A stretch of 64,000 nt of DNA, from NCBI GenBank assembly GCA_036741355.1, contig DAINSK010000004.1, positions 65,289 through 129,288 of the forward strand. The letters are read 5' to 3'. The first letter of the stretch is position 1, and each line of letters begins with the position of its first letter. Below the pieces are notes generated by a model, which did no database searches, had not been told where the DNA came from, and was given only the letters and a program-made list of their open reading frames with translations. Below, in pieces: positions 46,345 through 55,903 of this stretch. A program made the position numbers and the translations under genes. The stretch comes from Chloroflexota bacterium. Its GTDB lineage: Bacteria; Chloroflexota; Dehalococcoidia; CAUJGQ01.

Positions 46345-46895
46345 TGTTCGATCCAGGCCTGCGCCCGGCCGCGGTGAAACTCGAGATAGCCTATGTTGCC
46401 AAGCGACGTTTGCATATTGCGCGGAAACATGGGGCTGCCGGGGTTTACTACGAGGACACCTTTGTAGTTTATCACCTGGCTGACGTGGGTGTGGCCGCAG
46501 ACGACGATGTCCACCGGTCCGCCGAACGAATAGTCGAGCATCTTGTCGAACGTTCGGTAGGGCGGCCATTCGGGGAACTCAAAGGCGTGCGTCATGCCAA
46601 CGCGGAAGCCGTCCAGGTCGATGATCCACGAATTGCGCAAGCGAGGATCCTCAGGCACAACCGGCCGGCCTGCACCGCCGTCGTCGCCGTTGCCGCGCGC
46701 CACGTAAATCGGCGCCAGGCGCTCCAAACGGTCCACCACGTCGAGCACGTGCAGGTCGCCCGCGTGCAGGATCAGGTCAACATGGCTGAACGCTTCGTAG
46801 ACCTGCGGCCACATGTCGGGCGCGGCTTCGGGTATGTGAGTGTCGGAGATCAAGCCAATGAGCAACAATCGCCCTCCTGAGCACACCGGCGTCAT
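46335..46895 (-). CDS. YfcE/MJ0936-family metallophosphoesterase
   Basis: LLIGLISDTH, GDL, GNGD and GHTH motifs. AGGAGGG RBS before the TTG/ATG near 46869-46895. The listed 343-aa ORF is over-extended. Confidence 0.75.
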   Translation of the reverse strand: MTPVCSGGRLLLIGLISDTHIPEAAPDMWPQVYEAFSHVDLILHAGDLHVLDVVDRLERLAPIYVARGNGDDGGAGRPVVPEDPRLRNSWIIDLDGFRVGMTHAFEFPEWPPYRTFDKMLDYSFGGPVDIVVCGHTHVSQVINYKGVLVVNPGSPMFPRNMQTSLGNIGYLEFHRGRAQAWIEQLK

Positions 46896-47112
46896 TGTAC
46901 CGTGGCCCCGAGGCGATCGGGCGCGCTGAACCCTCCGGTGTTCGGATGGGTCGCCTCGTGCGTCGGCCGCGCAAGACATTGACGCGCGCGCCGCACGCGA
47001 AGCCGTTTGCGGGCCGCATGGCCAGCCGGTAAACTTAATTAGATGGTCGGGCACGGAATCAAGCTGCCGTTTGCGGCATCCCGCTTGTAATACCGGCAGG
47101 GGAGATCGAATT

Positions 47113-48000
47113 ATGGCGGTTGAAAAAGGAACCTGGCTGCTGAAGCGTGGTCTGGCGCAGATGCTGAAGGGCGGCGTGATCATGGACGTTGTGACGCCGG
47201 AACACGCGAAAATCGCCGAAGAAGCGGGCGCCTGCGCGGTGATGGCGCTCGAGCGCGTGCCGTCCGATATTCGAGCCGCGGGCGGCGTGGCGCGGATGAG
47301 CGATCCGGACATGATCATCGGCATCAGAGAAGCCGTGACGATCCCGGTCATGGCCAAGGCGCGCATCGGCCACTTCGTCGAAGCGCAGGTGCTGGAAGCG
47401 CTCGGCGTGGACTATATCGACGAGTCTGAAGTGCTAACGCCGGCCGACGAAGCGCACCATATTAATAAGCATAACTTCCGCGTCCCGTTTGTTTGTGGCT
47501 GTCGCGACTTGGGCGAGGCGCTGCGCCGTATCGCCGAGGGTGCTGCGATGATCCGCACCAAAGGCGAGGCCGGCACGGGGGACATCGTCGAGGCTGTGCG
47601 CCACATGCGCCAGCTCTGGGACGACATCCGCCGGCTTAAGAATATGCCGGAGGAAGAGCTGTACGCCGAAGCGAAGAACCTGGGCGCACCATACGACCTG
47701 GTAAAAGAGGTACACGACCTCGGCCGTCTGCCGGTGGTGAACTTCTCCGCCGGCGGTGTGGCGACCCCGGCCGACGCGGCGCTCATGATGCAGCTCGGAG
47801 CCGAGGGCGTGTTCGTCGGCTCCGGCATCTTCAAAGCGGGCAATCCTGAGCAACGCGCCAAAGCGATCGTTAAAGCCGTCACCCATTACTCGAACCCGGA
47901 GATCCTTGCCGAAGTCTCTCGCGGGCTCGGAGAGGCGATGCGCGGCCAATCTGTACGGGCTCTGCCAAAAGAAGAGCTGCTCGCAAGTCGCGGCTGGTAG
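47113..48000 (+). CDS. pdxS: Pyridoxal 5'-phosphate synthase lyase subunit PdxS
   Basis: Near-canonical PdxS sequence (GGVIMDV...[12 protein letters not shown]...[13 protein letters not shown]). ATG 47113 with GGGGAG RBS. Confidence 0.9.
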   Translation: MAVEKGTWLLKRGLAQMLKGGVIMDVVTPEHAKIAEEAGACAVMALERVPSDIRAAGGVARMSDPDMIIGIREAVTIPVMAKARIGHFVEAQVLEALGVDYIDESEVLTPADEAHHINKHNFRVPFVCGCRDLGEALRRIAEGAAMIRTKGEAGTGDIVEAVRHMRQLWDDIRRLKNMPEEELYAEAKNLGAPYDLVKEVHDLGRLPVVNFSAGGVATPADAALMMQLGAEGVFVGSGIFKAGNPEQRAKAIVKAVTHYSNPEILAEVSRGLGEAMRGQSVRALPKEELLASRGW

Positions 48001-48165
48001 GCAAGCGGAATCGGTTTTCCGGATTGCCGATGGACAAAAAATGACAGCCGGGCTCAGGGCCCGGCTGTTTTGCGCCCGTACGAGGACCGCATGCCGGCTC
48101 TGAGGCAACCGGGGCAAGTACGATACAATTACCTAGGATCTCCGCACTTTGAGAGCTTCGGGACG

Positions 48166-48774
48166 ATGACCACGGGACGAATTGGCGTGCTCGCCCTGCA
48201 AGGCGACTTTGCCGAACACGCCGAAGCGCTACGGCGCCTCGGCGTCGAGCCGGTGGAAGTGCGCTTGCCCGCCGACCTGGCTGATCTCGATGGGTTGATC
48301 ATTCCGGGTGGCGAAAGTACTACGATCGCCCGTCTGCTAGACGCCTGCGGGTTGCTCGAACCGATCCGGTCACTGACTCGAGCTGGTTTCCCGACCTGGG
48401 GTACCTGTGCCGGCGCCATAATGCTCGCCGAACGGGCGCCCGGATTGGACAGGCCTAACCTGGGGGCAATGGACATAGGCGTGCGACGGAACGCGTTCGG
48501 CAGTCAGAAGGACAGCTTCGAGACGGACCTGGAAGTTTCTGGGCTGAGTGATGATGCGTTCCATGCCGTCTTCATCCGCGCTCCCGTGATCGAAGAGGTA
48601 GGGCCGGATGTGGAAGTGCTGGCCAAACTGGATGATGGCACAGTGGTTGCCGCACGTCAGGGGGCGCTGCTCGCCACGTCATTTCATCCCGAGCTCACCG
48701 GTGACGACCGATTTCATCGCTACTTCGTCGAACTCGCCCGCGCTTGCAACCGTTCCACACCAAATCTCGAATAG
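48166..48774 (+). CDS. pdxT: Pyridoxal 5'-phosphate synthase glutaminase subunit PdxT
   Basis: [13 protein letters not shown] (catalytic Cys) and C-terminal His/Glu. The listed ORF's 5' extension is unsupported. Confidence 0.85.
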   Translation: MTTGRIGVLALQGDFAEHAEALRRLGVEPVEVRLPADLADLDGLIIPGGESTTIARLLDACGLLEPIRSLTRAGFPTWGTCAGAIMLAERAPGLDRPNLGAMDIGVRRNAFGSQKDSFETDLEVSGLSDDAFHAVFIRAPVIEEVGPDVEVLAKLDDGTVVAARQGALLATSFHPELTGDDRFHRYFVELARACNRSTPNLE

Positions 48775-48789
48775 GCGGCGGCCCTCTGC

Positions 48790-49755
48790 ATGACCACTGC
48801 ACGTCCAGTGCGACCCACTGATCTTGTTGCGCTTGTTTCATTCGATGGAAAGGTCTATCCAAACGAGGCGCACACATGGGACCGTCTTGGCCGGAATGCC
48901 GATGGGCCGCGGCTGTTGGAAAATGCATTTGAGCAATGGCTTTCGTTCGCGACCGGCCGGCACACGTGGATTAGCATACAGGGACAAACGATCCGGGGAG
49001 TTGCCTCCGCACGACCACGGGGCAGCCGTCTTGCCTGGGAGATCGATTGCCTGATCGTCGCAGCTGACGATAGCGAACCGATCTTGCTGGCGTTGCTTGA
49101 GCAGCTTTCGGCGGCGGCCGCGAGGGCGCGCGTTTTGCGGGTATTCCTGCGGGCCGAAGCCGGAAGCGACGTAGTCGTGGCGGCGCGCAAGGCCGGGTTC
49201 GCGCCGTACGTGTCGGAAAAGCTCTTCCGGCTGAGCGCTGGTCTGGAGAACGAGTCAATCGATCCGATGCTGGAAGTACATGACCGCAATCGTGCCCACG
49301 GATTTGCACTCTTCCGCCTGTACAACCGCGTGACGCCCATGGAGGTGCGCCAGTTCGAAGCCGCGACGTACGCCGAATGGATCGCATGCCAGGAAAAGCG
49401 CAGCCAGGGGCGGGGCCGCCTGGACGCAGTAGCGGAAATAGGCGGCGAAGCAATGGCGTGGGTTCGATCGGTGCCCGACGGCGGCGTCGGGCGAATTGAT
49501 TTGCTGCTGCATCCGGACGCCTTCTTACACGCCGGATCGCTGCTATCGCTCGCGGTTACGGCGCTCGGCGACCGGCGACCGGTGTTCTGCCTGGTGCCGG
49601 CTGATGCCGAGGGGCTGGCGGGGTTACTGCAGGCGCGAGGCTTTGAGCCGGCAGCTGAATATCTGGGAATGGTGAAGCGTCTTGCCATTCCCGCGCGCCA
49701 GGCGGCCTCGGTTCGGGTCCCTGTCCACACTCCCCTGGCTACTGTTTTGTTTTGA
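48790..49755 (+). CDS. Hypothetical protein
   Basis: 321-aa ORF with normal composition. 4-nt overlap (ATGA) with the downstream ATPase gene. No family recognised. Confidence 0.5.
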   Translation: MTTARPVRPTDLVALVSFDGKVYPNEAHTWDRLGRNADGPRLLENAFEQWLSFATGRHTWISIQGQTIRGVASARPRGSRLAWEIDCLIVAADDSEPILLALLEQLSAAAARARVLRVFLRAEAGSDVVVAARKAGFAPYVSEKLFRLSAGLENESIDPMLEVHDRNRAHGFALFRLYNRVTPMEVRQFEAATYAEWIACQEKRSQGRGRLDAVAEIGGEAMAWVRSVPDGGVGRIDLLLHPDAFLHAGSLLSLAVTALGDRRPVFCLVPADAEGLAGLLQARGFEPAAEYLGMVKRLAIPARQAASVRVPVHTPLATVLF

Positions 49756-51509
49756 CAAATCCTTCGGAAGCCACACCCAGACCCTGGAGACCTACGATGC
49801 AACGGACAATTACTGACGATCTGGACGCACTGCTGGGCGCGTTGCCTCCCTATATTTGTGAGCCGGTCCGCGCCCGCGAGGACAATTACGAGCTCCTCGA
49901 GATCGTGATGGATCTCGGCCGGCTGCCGACCGCGCGCTACCCGGGTCGAGAGATCGTGCTGGGTAATGTCGAAGTAACCCAGGCCGACCTGGATTATCTG
50001 GTCGACCGCATCGGTGAGTTCGGCGACGACAATCGCGCCGGCATCGAGCGCACCCTTCACCGTATCTCGGCAATGCGTAACCGGCGCGGCAAGATCGTGG
50101 GGCTAACTTGCCGGGTCGGACGGGCGGTATTCGGCACGATTCAACTCATCGAAGATCTGGTGCAAAGCGGGAAGAGCATCCTGCTGCTCGGTAAGCCCGG
50201 CGTCGGTAAGACGACGATGCTGCGCGAAACGGCGCGCGTGCTCGCCGACGACATAAACAAACGCGTGGTGATCGTAGACACGAGCAATGAAATCGCGGGC
50301 GACGGCGATATTCCGCACCCCGCCATCGGCGGCGCCCGTCGCATGCAGGTAACGACGCCAAGCGCCCAACACTCAATCATGATTGAAGCAGTCGAGAACC
50401 ACATGCCGGAAGTGATCGTGATCGATGAGATCGGGACGGAACTGGAGGCCGCGGCCGCCCGAACGATCGCCGAACGCGGCGTGCAGTTGGTGGGCACGGC
50501 GCACGGCACGACCCTGAACAATCTGATGATGAATCCCACGTTGTCCGACCTGGTCGGCGGAATCCAATCCGTGACGTTGGGTGACGAAGAGGCGCGCCGG
50601 CGCGGCACGCAGAAGTCGATCCTTGAGCGAAAGGCGCCGCCGACCTTTGACATCATCGTCGAGATCCAGAGCTGGGATCGGATGGCCTTGCATCCTGTTG
50701 TGTCTGAAACGGTCGACGCCCTGTTGCGCGGCTATGCCATCCAGGTGGAAGTACGGGCGATGCGGTCCGACGGCTCGATCGAGACGATGATTGAAGAGCA
50801 CGGAGACGGCAACGAGCCGGGCGGCTTCGAAGGGCGTGGGGGATTTGGCGAGCGGCGGGAACGTCACGACCGGCGCGCCGGCAGACGGTACGCCGAGCAC
50901 CGCCAGGCGCCGACCGCGGCCGCGCCGCCTCGCGCCCTGCCCGACATTTACGGCGGAGCCAACGACGCCTACTTCAATCCCGCGCGTGACCGCGAGAACG
51001 CGCCGGCGCAGCCGTTGAGCCGCATCTACCCTTTCGGGATCTCCCGATCTCGTCTCGAACAGGCGATCCGCGAGACGGGCGTAAAGGCAAAGGTCGTCGA
51101 CAACCTCGATGACGCGGATAGCGTGTTTACGTTGAACAGCTACTTCAGGAAGCGCCCGCCGGCGCTGCGTGATGCCGAAGAGCGGAACATTCCGCTTGCC
51201 GTGCTTCGCAGCAACGCGGTGTCGCAGATCGAAAAGATGCTCGTCTCCATGTCTCCGGCACAGGCGGTCCGCTCCTTTGATCCCGAGCTCGAGGCGTTGC
51301 GGGACGCGGAGGACGCGATCAACGACATACGCAATCGTGGCGAGGCGGAGATCGAGCTGGCGCCCCAGCCCTCCTACATCCGCCGCAAGCAGCATGAACT
51401 GGCCCAGCGTTTCAACCTCGCCTCCTCCAGCCGCGGCCGAGAGCCGCACCGCAGCGTTCGCATATTCCGTGAAGGCGGCGGCGACATGCCTTTCGGCCGG
51501 CGGTCCTGA
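49752..51509 (+). CDS. AAA-type ATPase of the Ycf45/R3H-domain nucleic-acid-binding family with Arg/Gly-rich linker
   Basis: Walker [10 protein letters not shown], Walker B VIVIDEIG, sensor VGTAHG. Overall similarity to Ycf45/SpoIIIAA-like ATPases. Low-complexity RG-rich segment ([21 protein letters not shown]) before the C-terminal domain. Confidence 0.6.
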   Translation: MTNPSEATPRPWRPTMQRTITDDLDALLGALPPYICEPVRAREDNYELLEIVMDLGRLPTARYPGREIVLGNVEVTQADLDYLVDRIGEFGDDNRAGIERTLHRISAMRNRRGKIVGLTCRVGRAVFGTIQLIEDLVQSGKSILLLGKPGVGKTTMLRETARVLADDINKRVVIVDTSNEIAGDGDIPHPAIGGARRMQVTTPSAQHSIMIEAVENHMPEVIVIDEIGTELEAAAARTIAERGVQLVGTAHGTTLNNLMMNPTLSDLVGGIQSVTLGDEEARRRGTQKSILERKAPPTFDIIVEIQSWDRMALHPVVSETVDALLRGYAIQVEVRAMRSDGSIETMIEEHGDGNEPGGFEGRGGFGERRERHDRRAGRRYAEHRQAPTAAAPPRALPDIYGGANDAYFNPARDRENAPAQPLSRIYPFGISRSRLEQAIRETGVKAKVVDNLDDADSVFTLNSYFRKRPPALRDAEERNIPLAVLRSNAVSQIEKMLVSMSPAQAVRSFDPELEALRDAEDAINDIRNRGEAEIELAPQPSYIRRKQHELAQRFNLASSSRGREPHRSVRIFREGGGDMPFGRRS

Positions 51510-51564
51510 CTCCCGGGCTTCGTCGCGGGGGCCCTTTCCCCCATCCCGGCGAGCCCCCAATCCC

Positions 51565-51745
51565 CCGTCCCCTTGCCCCCAATGCTGGGGATAAGGGGCG
51601 ATCTCTGGGTGCTGGCTTCGGACGCCATCTAGCGTCTTGAATGCTGAGGCTCTCGCGCCCGGTCTCACGATCAACCGCCTAAGCTCCCTCTTGCCCCTAG
51701 AATTGGGGGAAAGAGGGCCGGGGAGTTAGGGGGCCCGGCTCCGCG
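51565..51745. repeat. MITE-like element copy C: inverted hairpin arms with outer end ..CAATCCCCCGTCCCC / GGGGAGTTAGGG flanking a ~85-bp spacer
   Basis: Left arm about 51565-51608 (CCCCAATCCCCCGTCCCCTTGCCCCCAATGCTGGGGATAAGGGG). Right arm about 51693-51745 (CTCCCTCTTGCCCCTAGAATTGGGGGAAAGAGGGCCGGGGAGTTAGGGGGCC). Same organisation as copies A and B. Confidence 0.45.
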
Positions 51746-51809
51746 CCATCTTGACAGGCCCTGCCTCCGCCCGCCAAAATTTGGCGCACCCATAGAGGAG
51801 GTCCGCGTT

Positions 51810-54146
51810 ATGACCGCTCAGGTTGAAGTTCCGAAACTGGTTGGTACTCGTGTCAAGCGACGTGAAGATCCGCGCCTTATCACCGGTAATGCGAAGTATG
51901 CCGATGACCTGCAGCCACGCGGCGCGCTTTCGATGGCGATCCGCCGCAGCGAGTACGCACACGCGCGGATCCTCAGCGTCAACACCGAGGCGGCAAAGAA
52001 AATGCCCGGTGTCGTCGCGGTATTGACCGCGGCTGACCTTGAGGGCGTGATCGCACCGCTGCCAACCGTGCCGGCGACACCTGATACGAAGCTACCGCCT
52101 CACTATCCGCTGGCAAAGGGAAAGGTGCGTCACGTTGGCGATCCAATCGCGGTGGTTGTCGCCGAGGATCGCTATTTAGCTCGCGACGCCGTGGACGCCA
52201 TCGAGGTCGAGTTCGAAGAGCTGCCGGCCGTCACCGAGCTCGAAGAGGCGATCAAGCCCGGTTCACCTAAAGTACACGACGAGTTCGATGACAACGTCAC
52301 CTATTACTGGACGCTCGCAACCGGCGATGTGGATGATGCGTTCGCCAAAGCCAGCGTCAAGGTCTCGCAGCGGATGGTTAGCCAGCGGTTGATGGGCACA
52401 CCGTTGGAGACTCGTTCGATCGTCGCCGACTACCAGCCCGGCGAAGGGCAATTGACCCTGTGGTCCTCGACGCAGATCCCACACCTGCTCAAGCCCAACA
52501 TCGCCGGCCTGTTGGGAATGTCGGAGAACTACGTCCGCGTGATCGCGCCCGAAGTCGGCGGCGGCTTCGGCGTCAAGGCAGAGGTCTACGCCGAAGAGGC
52601 CCTTTGCGCCGCGATTTCGCGGATGACGGGCCGGCCCGTGAAGTACACGGAGACGCGGCAGGAGAACTTTCAGGCCACCGTCCAGGGCCGTGGCCAGATC
52701 GGCTTCTTCGACGTAGCCGCCACCAGAGAGGGCAAGGTCACCGGTCTGCGGGTGAAGATCCTCGCCGATATTGGCGCCTACTGCCAGCTCTTCACGAACA
52801 TCGTACCCACGCTTTCCGGCTTGATGCTTACCGGCGTCTACGATATTCCGGCGCTGAGCGCCGAAATCTACGGCCTCTTTACTAATAAAACGGCCACCGG
52901 CGCCTATCGCGGTGCCGGTCGTCCGGAAGCCACCTACTACATCGAGCGCATGATGGACCTGCTTGCGCTCGAGCTGAACCTGGATCCCGTCGAAGTGCGA
53001 CGCCGCAACCTGATCCCGACGGAGAAGTTCCCGTACACGACCGCCTGCGGCATGGTCTACGACAGCGGCAACTACTTGCCGGCCCTCGACAAGGCGCTGA
53101 AGATGGCCGATTACGACGGTGTCCGCAGGCAACAGCAAGGCGGACCGAAAGACGGGAAGTATTTGGGTATCGGCGTTTCCACGTGGACGGAGATCTGCGG
53201 CTTCGGACCGTCGGCGGCTCTGCCTGCGGGGGGCTGGGAGTTCGGCAAGGTTTCCTTCGAACGCAGCGGCATGATTACCGTGCAGACCGGGGCTTCGCCG
53301 CACGGCCAGGGTCAGGAGACGAGCTTTGCGCAGATCGTCGCCGACGAGTTCGGGGTGCCGATCGAAACGATCAAAGTAGTTCATGGCGACACCGACAAAG
53401 TGCCTCACGGCGTCGGCACGTTCGGTAGTCGGGCCACCGTAGTCGGCGGTGCGGCGATCGTGATGTCGGTAAACAAGGTCAAAGAGAAGATGAAGCGCTT
53501 CGCCGCCCACCTGATGGACGCGAACGAAGCCGACCTCGAAGTGAGCAACGGTAAGGTGTGGGTCAAAGGCTCGCCCGACAGATCGGTCGGATTAGCCGAG
53601 ATCGTCGGCGCTGCCTACAACGCGATTAACCTGCCGCCCGAAACCGAGCCGGGTCTAGAAGCGACGAGCTACTTCGAGCCGCCGAACTTCACCTTTCCAT
53701 TTGGCGTCCACATCGCGGTTGTGGAGGTCGACAGCGCAACCGGCGACGTTCAGTTGAAACGTTACGTAGCCGTCGATGATTGCGGCGTGGTGATTAATCC
53801 GCTGCTAGTAGACGGGCAAATTCACGGCGGCGTGGCTCAAGGCATCGGTCAGGCGCTCTACGAAGAGGTTGTCCACGACGAAAACGGCCAGCTTATCAGC
53901 GGCTCGCTGATGGACTACGCGCTGCCGCACGCCGAGAACTTCCCGATGATTGAAACGTCGAACACGGTGACGCCGAACCCGCTCAACCCGCTGGGGGCTA
54001 AGGGAATTGGCGAGGCAGGCACGATCGCGGCTTCGCCCACGCTCGTGAGCGCCGTCATGGACGCGCTTAAGCCGTTTGGCGTCAAACATCTCGATATGCC
54101 GCTCAGGCCGGAAAAGGTCTGGAGGGCAATGAACCCGGCGTCGTAG
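51810..54146 (+). CDS. Molybdopterin-binding large subunit of a xanthine dehydrogenase-family Mo-hydroxylase (CoxL form II-like)
   Basis: ATG with AGAGGAGG RBS. N-terminal a/b-hammerhead, Mo-cofactor motif GAYRGAGRPEA. 778 aa. No adjacent small (2Fe-2S) or medium (FAD) subunit genes. Confidence 0.85.
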   Translation: MTAQVEVPKLVGTRVKRREDPRLITGNAKYADDLQPRGALSMAIRRSEYAHARILSVNTEAAKKMPGVVAVLTAADLEGVIAPLPTVPATPDTKLPPHYPLAKGKVRHVGDPIAVVVAEDRYLARDAVDAIEVEFEELPAVTELEEAIKPGSPKVHDEFDDNVTYYWTLATGDVDDAFAKASVKVSQRMVSQRLMGTPLETRSIVADYQPGEGQLTLWSSTQIPHLLKPNIAGLLGMSENYVRVIAPEVGGGFGVKAEVYAEEALCAAISRMTGRPVKYTETRQENFQATVQGRGQIGFFDVAATREGKVTGLRVKILADIGAYCQLFTNIVPTLSGLMLTGVYDIPALSAEIYGLFTNKTATGAYRGAGRPEATYYIERMMDLLALELNLDPVEVRRRNLIPTEKFPYTTACGMVYDSGNYLPALDKALKMADYDGVRRQQQGGPKDGKYLGIGVSTWTEICGFGPSAALPAGGWEFGKVSFERSGMITVQTGASPHGQGQETSFAQIVADEFGVPIETIKVVHGDTDKVPHGVGTFGSRATVVGGAAIVMSVNKVKEKMKRFAAHLMDANEADLEVSNGKVWVKGSPDRSVGLAEIVGAAYNAINLPPETEPGLEATSYFEPPNFTFPFGVHIAVVEVDSATGDVQLKRYVAVDDCGVVINPLLVDGQIHGGVAQGIGQALYEEVVHDENGQLISGSLMDYALPHAENFPMIETSNTVTPNPLNPLGAKGIGEAGTIAASPTLVSAVMDALKPFGVKHLDMPLRPEKVWRAMNPAS

Positions 54147-54154
54147 CGGCCTGG

Positions 54155-55183
54155 TCAGCCTGCCGGTCTGTCTGGTGTCGGCGTCGCGGTAGGACGGGCG
54201 GCCGGGGCCGGCTGAACCGCGGGCACCGCGGGCGAGGCTTCGGCAGCAGGTGGGCGCGACGGCGTAGTTGACGGCGCCGTGTTTGTGGCCGCGGCCGGCG
54301 CTGGAGCGGGGCTAGGCTGAGCGGGAGCGGTCCGCTGCAACACGTAAACGCCGTCGATCCACTTGTAGACCTCGGTGGTGGTCGTGTTCGTTACCCCCGC
54401 GGCCGGCAAATTGGCCGCTGAAACCGCGCCCGTGAGGATGATTTCGTCGCTATCCTTAACGGTCGCGATCAACTCGAACAGGCCATCGCCGCCGATGTCC
54501 TGGAACACCCATTCGACGTCTTCGGCAAATCGTTCAACATAACCGGCGTTGCTGGTGTCGGTTGACCGGAAGAAATCAGTACGGGACCAGACCGTGGCGA
54601 GCGTTAAGTCGTAGATCTCGACCACCGTTTCCGTTTCGGCGAGGCTCGGGCTGACGAGCCCGTCGGCCGTGTAGCCGACTGTGAAGACTTTCCAGTCCTG
54701 GGCCGGCGGTGCCGCGAGCGCCGAAATGTCAGTCAGATTTCGCGCGAGCCAGAGGTCGTCCGGCGACGTTAGCTGCCGCCCGGGATAGTCGGGTAGGCCG
54801 ATAAGCCACTGGCGACCGTCCCACTGTAAGTAGTTAGTCAACAGCCATACGGTGCTACCGCCCTGGCCGTCGTAGATCGGGTAGACCGTCGCAATGAACA
54901 CCACGTAGCCGCCGGGCGCGTCCGGCATGTCGGTCCTGGCCCACTTGCCGGGCAACTGGGTGTTGTTCCTGACCGACGCGGGCAAAAGCGTGCGTACGGC
55001 GGTGTCGTTGTCGATCGCGGGCGCGGCAGAGACTGCAGACAACGCGGCAGCGGCGGTCGGGCTCGGCTGGGTCTGGCCGGCAGTCGTAGAAGGTGGGAGC
55101 GACACTGCCGCCACAGCAAATATGGCCGCAACGGCGAACGCCGGCAGCAGCCAGAGTCGGTGACCGGGCAGGATGGGGTTCAT
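54155..55183 (-). CDS. Hypothetical secreted protein with Pro/Ala/Thr-rich C-terminal tail
   Basis: Signal peptide (MNPILPGHRLWLLPAFAVAAIFAVAAVS), globular middle and low-complexity PAPAPAAATNTAPSTTP tail. Confidence 0.55.
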   Translation of the reverse strand: MNPILPGHRLWLLPAFAVAAIFAVAAVSLPPSTTAGQTQPSPTAAAALSAVSAAPAIDNDTAVRTLLPASVRNNTQLPGKWARTDMPDAPGGYVVFIATVYPIYDGQGGSTVWLLTNYLQWDGRQWLIGLPDYPGRQLTSPDDLWLARNLTDISALAAPPAQDWKVFTVGYTADGLVSPSLAETETVVEIYDLTLATVWSRTDFFRSTDTSNAGYVERFAEDVEWVFQDIGGDGLFELIATVKDSDEIILTGAVSAANLPAAGVTNTTTTEVYKWIDGVYVLQRTAPAQPSPAPAPAAATNTAPSTTPSRPPAAEASPAVPAVQPAPAARPTATPTPDRPAG

Positions 55184-55275
55184 CGGGTAACTCCTTCAGT
55201 GCGGGCCCACCCTGGTGGCCCGCACTGAAGGATAGCATAGGGTTTCAGGTTGCTGCCCGAGCAGAACTCGGCGCC

Positions 55276-55554
55276 TCAGCGATAGGCTTCCCGGCGGTGC
55301 AGAACGTGCTCGACCATGAGCCATTCCCGCCGATCCTTGTCGTCAACGGTGGGCGGCTCCGTATGGAAGCTCACCCGGTAATCGCCAACGCGGAGCCGCC
55401 ACGTTGCCGGCGTGGTATTCACGAGTCGACGTATGTCCCCATGCTCGGTCTCGGCGTACTGCTCAATCGCGCGTCGAACTCGGTCAACCGTTGTGCGGTC
55501 GAGATGTCGAAGGTCACGTAGAGCAGGTCCAGACCACGCGACGCGCCGGCTCAC
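55276..55554 (-). CDS. Type II toxin-antitoxin system RelE/ParE family toxin
   Basis: 92 aa with ...TWRLRVGDYRVSFH... RelE/ParE core. GTG start overlaps the antitoxin stop (GTGA). Confidence 0.7.
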   Translation of the reverse strand: MSRRVAWSGPALRDLRHLDRTTVDRVRRAIEQYAETEHGDIRRLVNTTPATWRLRVGDYRVSFHTEPPTVDDKDRREWLMVEHVLHRREAYR

Positions 55555-55799
55555 CGGCGTAGTTCACTGTCCAAGTCTTCATGACGAATCCAGTCCCCGC
55601 GAGCAATGGCGGCCCGCGCTTCGGCAATGCCGGCACGGTCCTCCTCGGTTACGGGTTCATCGTCTAGCGGTGCCTCGTGCAGCGGCACGAATGGCGCGGC
55701 CTCGTCAGCTTCCAACTCAGTGAGGAAGCGTGCAGCGATCGGCAGCGCATCGTCGGGCAATTCGTCAATAAGCCGGTGCAAGTCGGTTTTCGTCACCAT
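55551..55799 (-). CDS. Putative antitoxin (acidic 82-aa partner of the RelE/ParE toxin)
   Basis: Small acidic ORF immediately upstream with 4-nt overlap to the toxin gene. Confidence 0.5.
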   Translation of the reverse strand: MVTKTDLHRLIDELPDDALPIAARFLTELEADEAAPFVPLHEAPLDDEPVTEEDRAGIAEARAAIARGDWIRHEDLDSELRR

Positions 55800-55903
55800 C
55801 AGTCCGTCCCCCCAGGCGATTTTACCGTCCCCGGGCTCCCCCTGCGTATCAAACGGTGCGAACGGGGGCGTTATGATGATTTTCTAATATTGCCGCCAAC
55901 GGT

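Noticed and set aside
48855-50060. 401-aa minus-strand ORF, and 50373-51674 (433 aa, minus)
   Set aside because: Both are Ser/Arg-rich antisense frames of the hypothetical protein/Ycf45-ATPase genes, whose sense frames carry Walker motifs.
52263-53510. 415-aa minus-strand ORF
   Set aside because: Antisense of the CoxL-like gene, which has an unambiguous Mo-hydroxylase signature in the plus frame.
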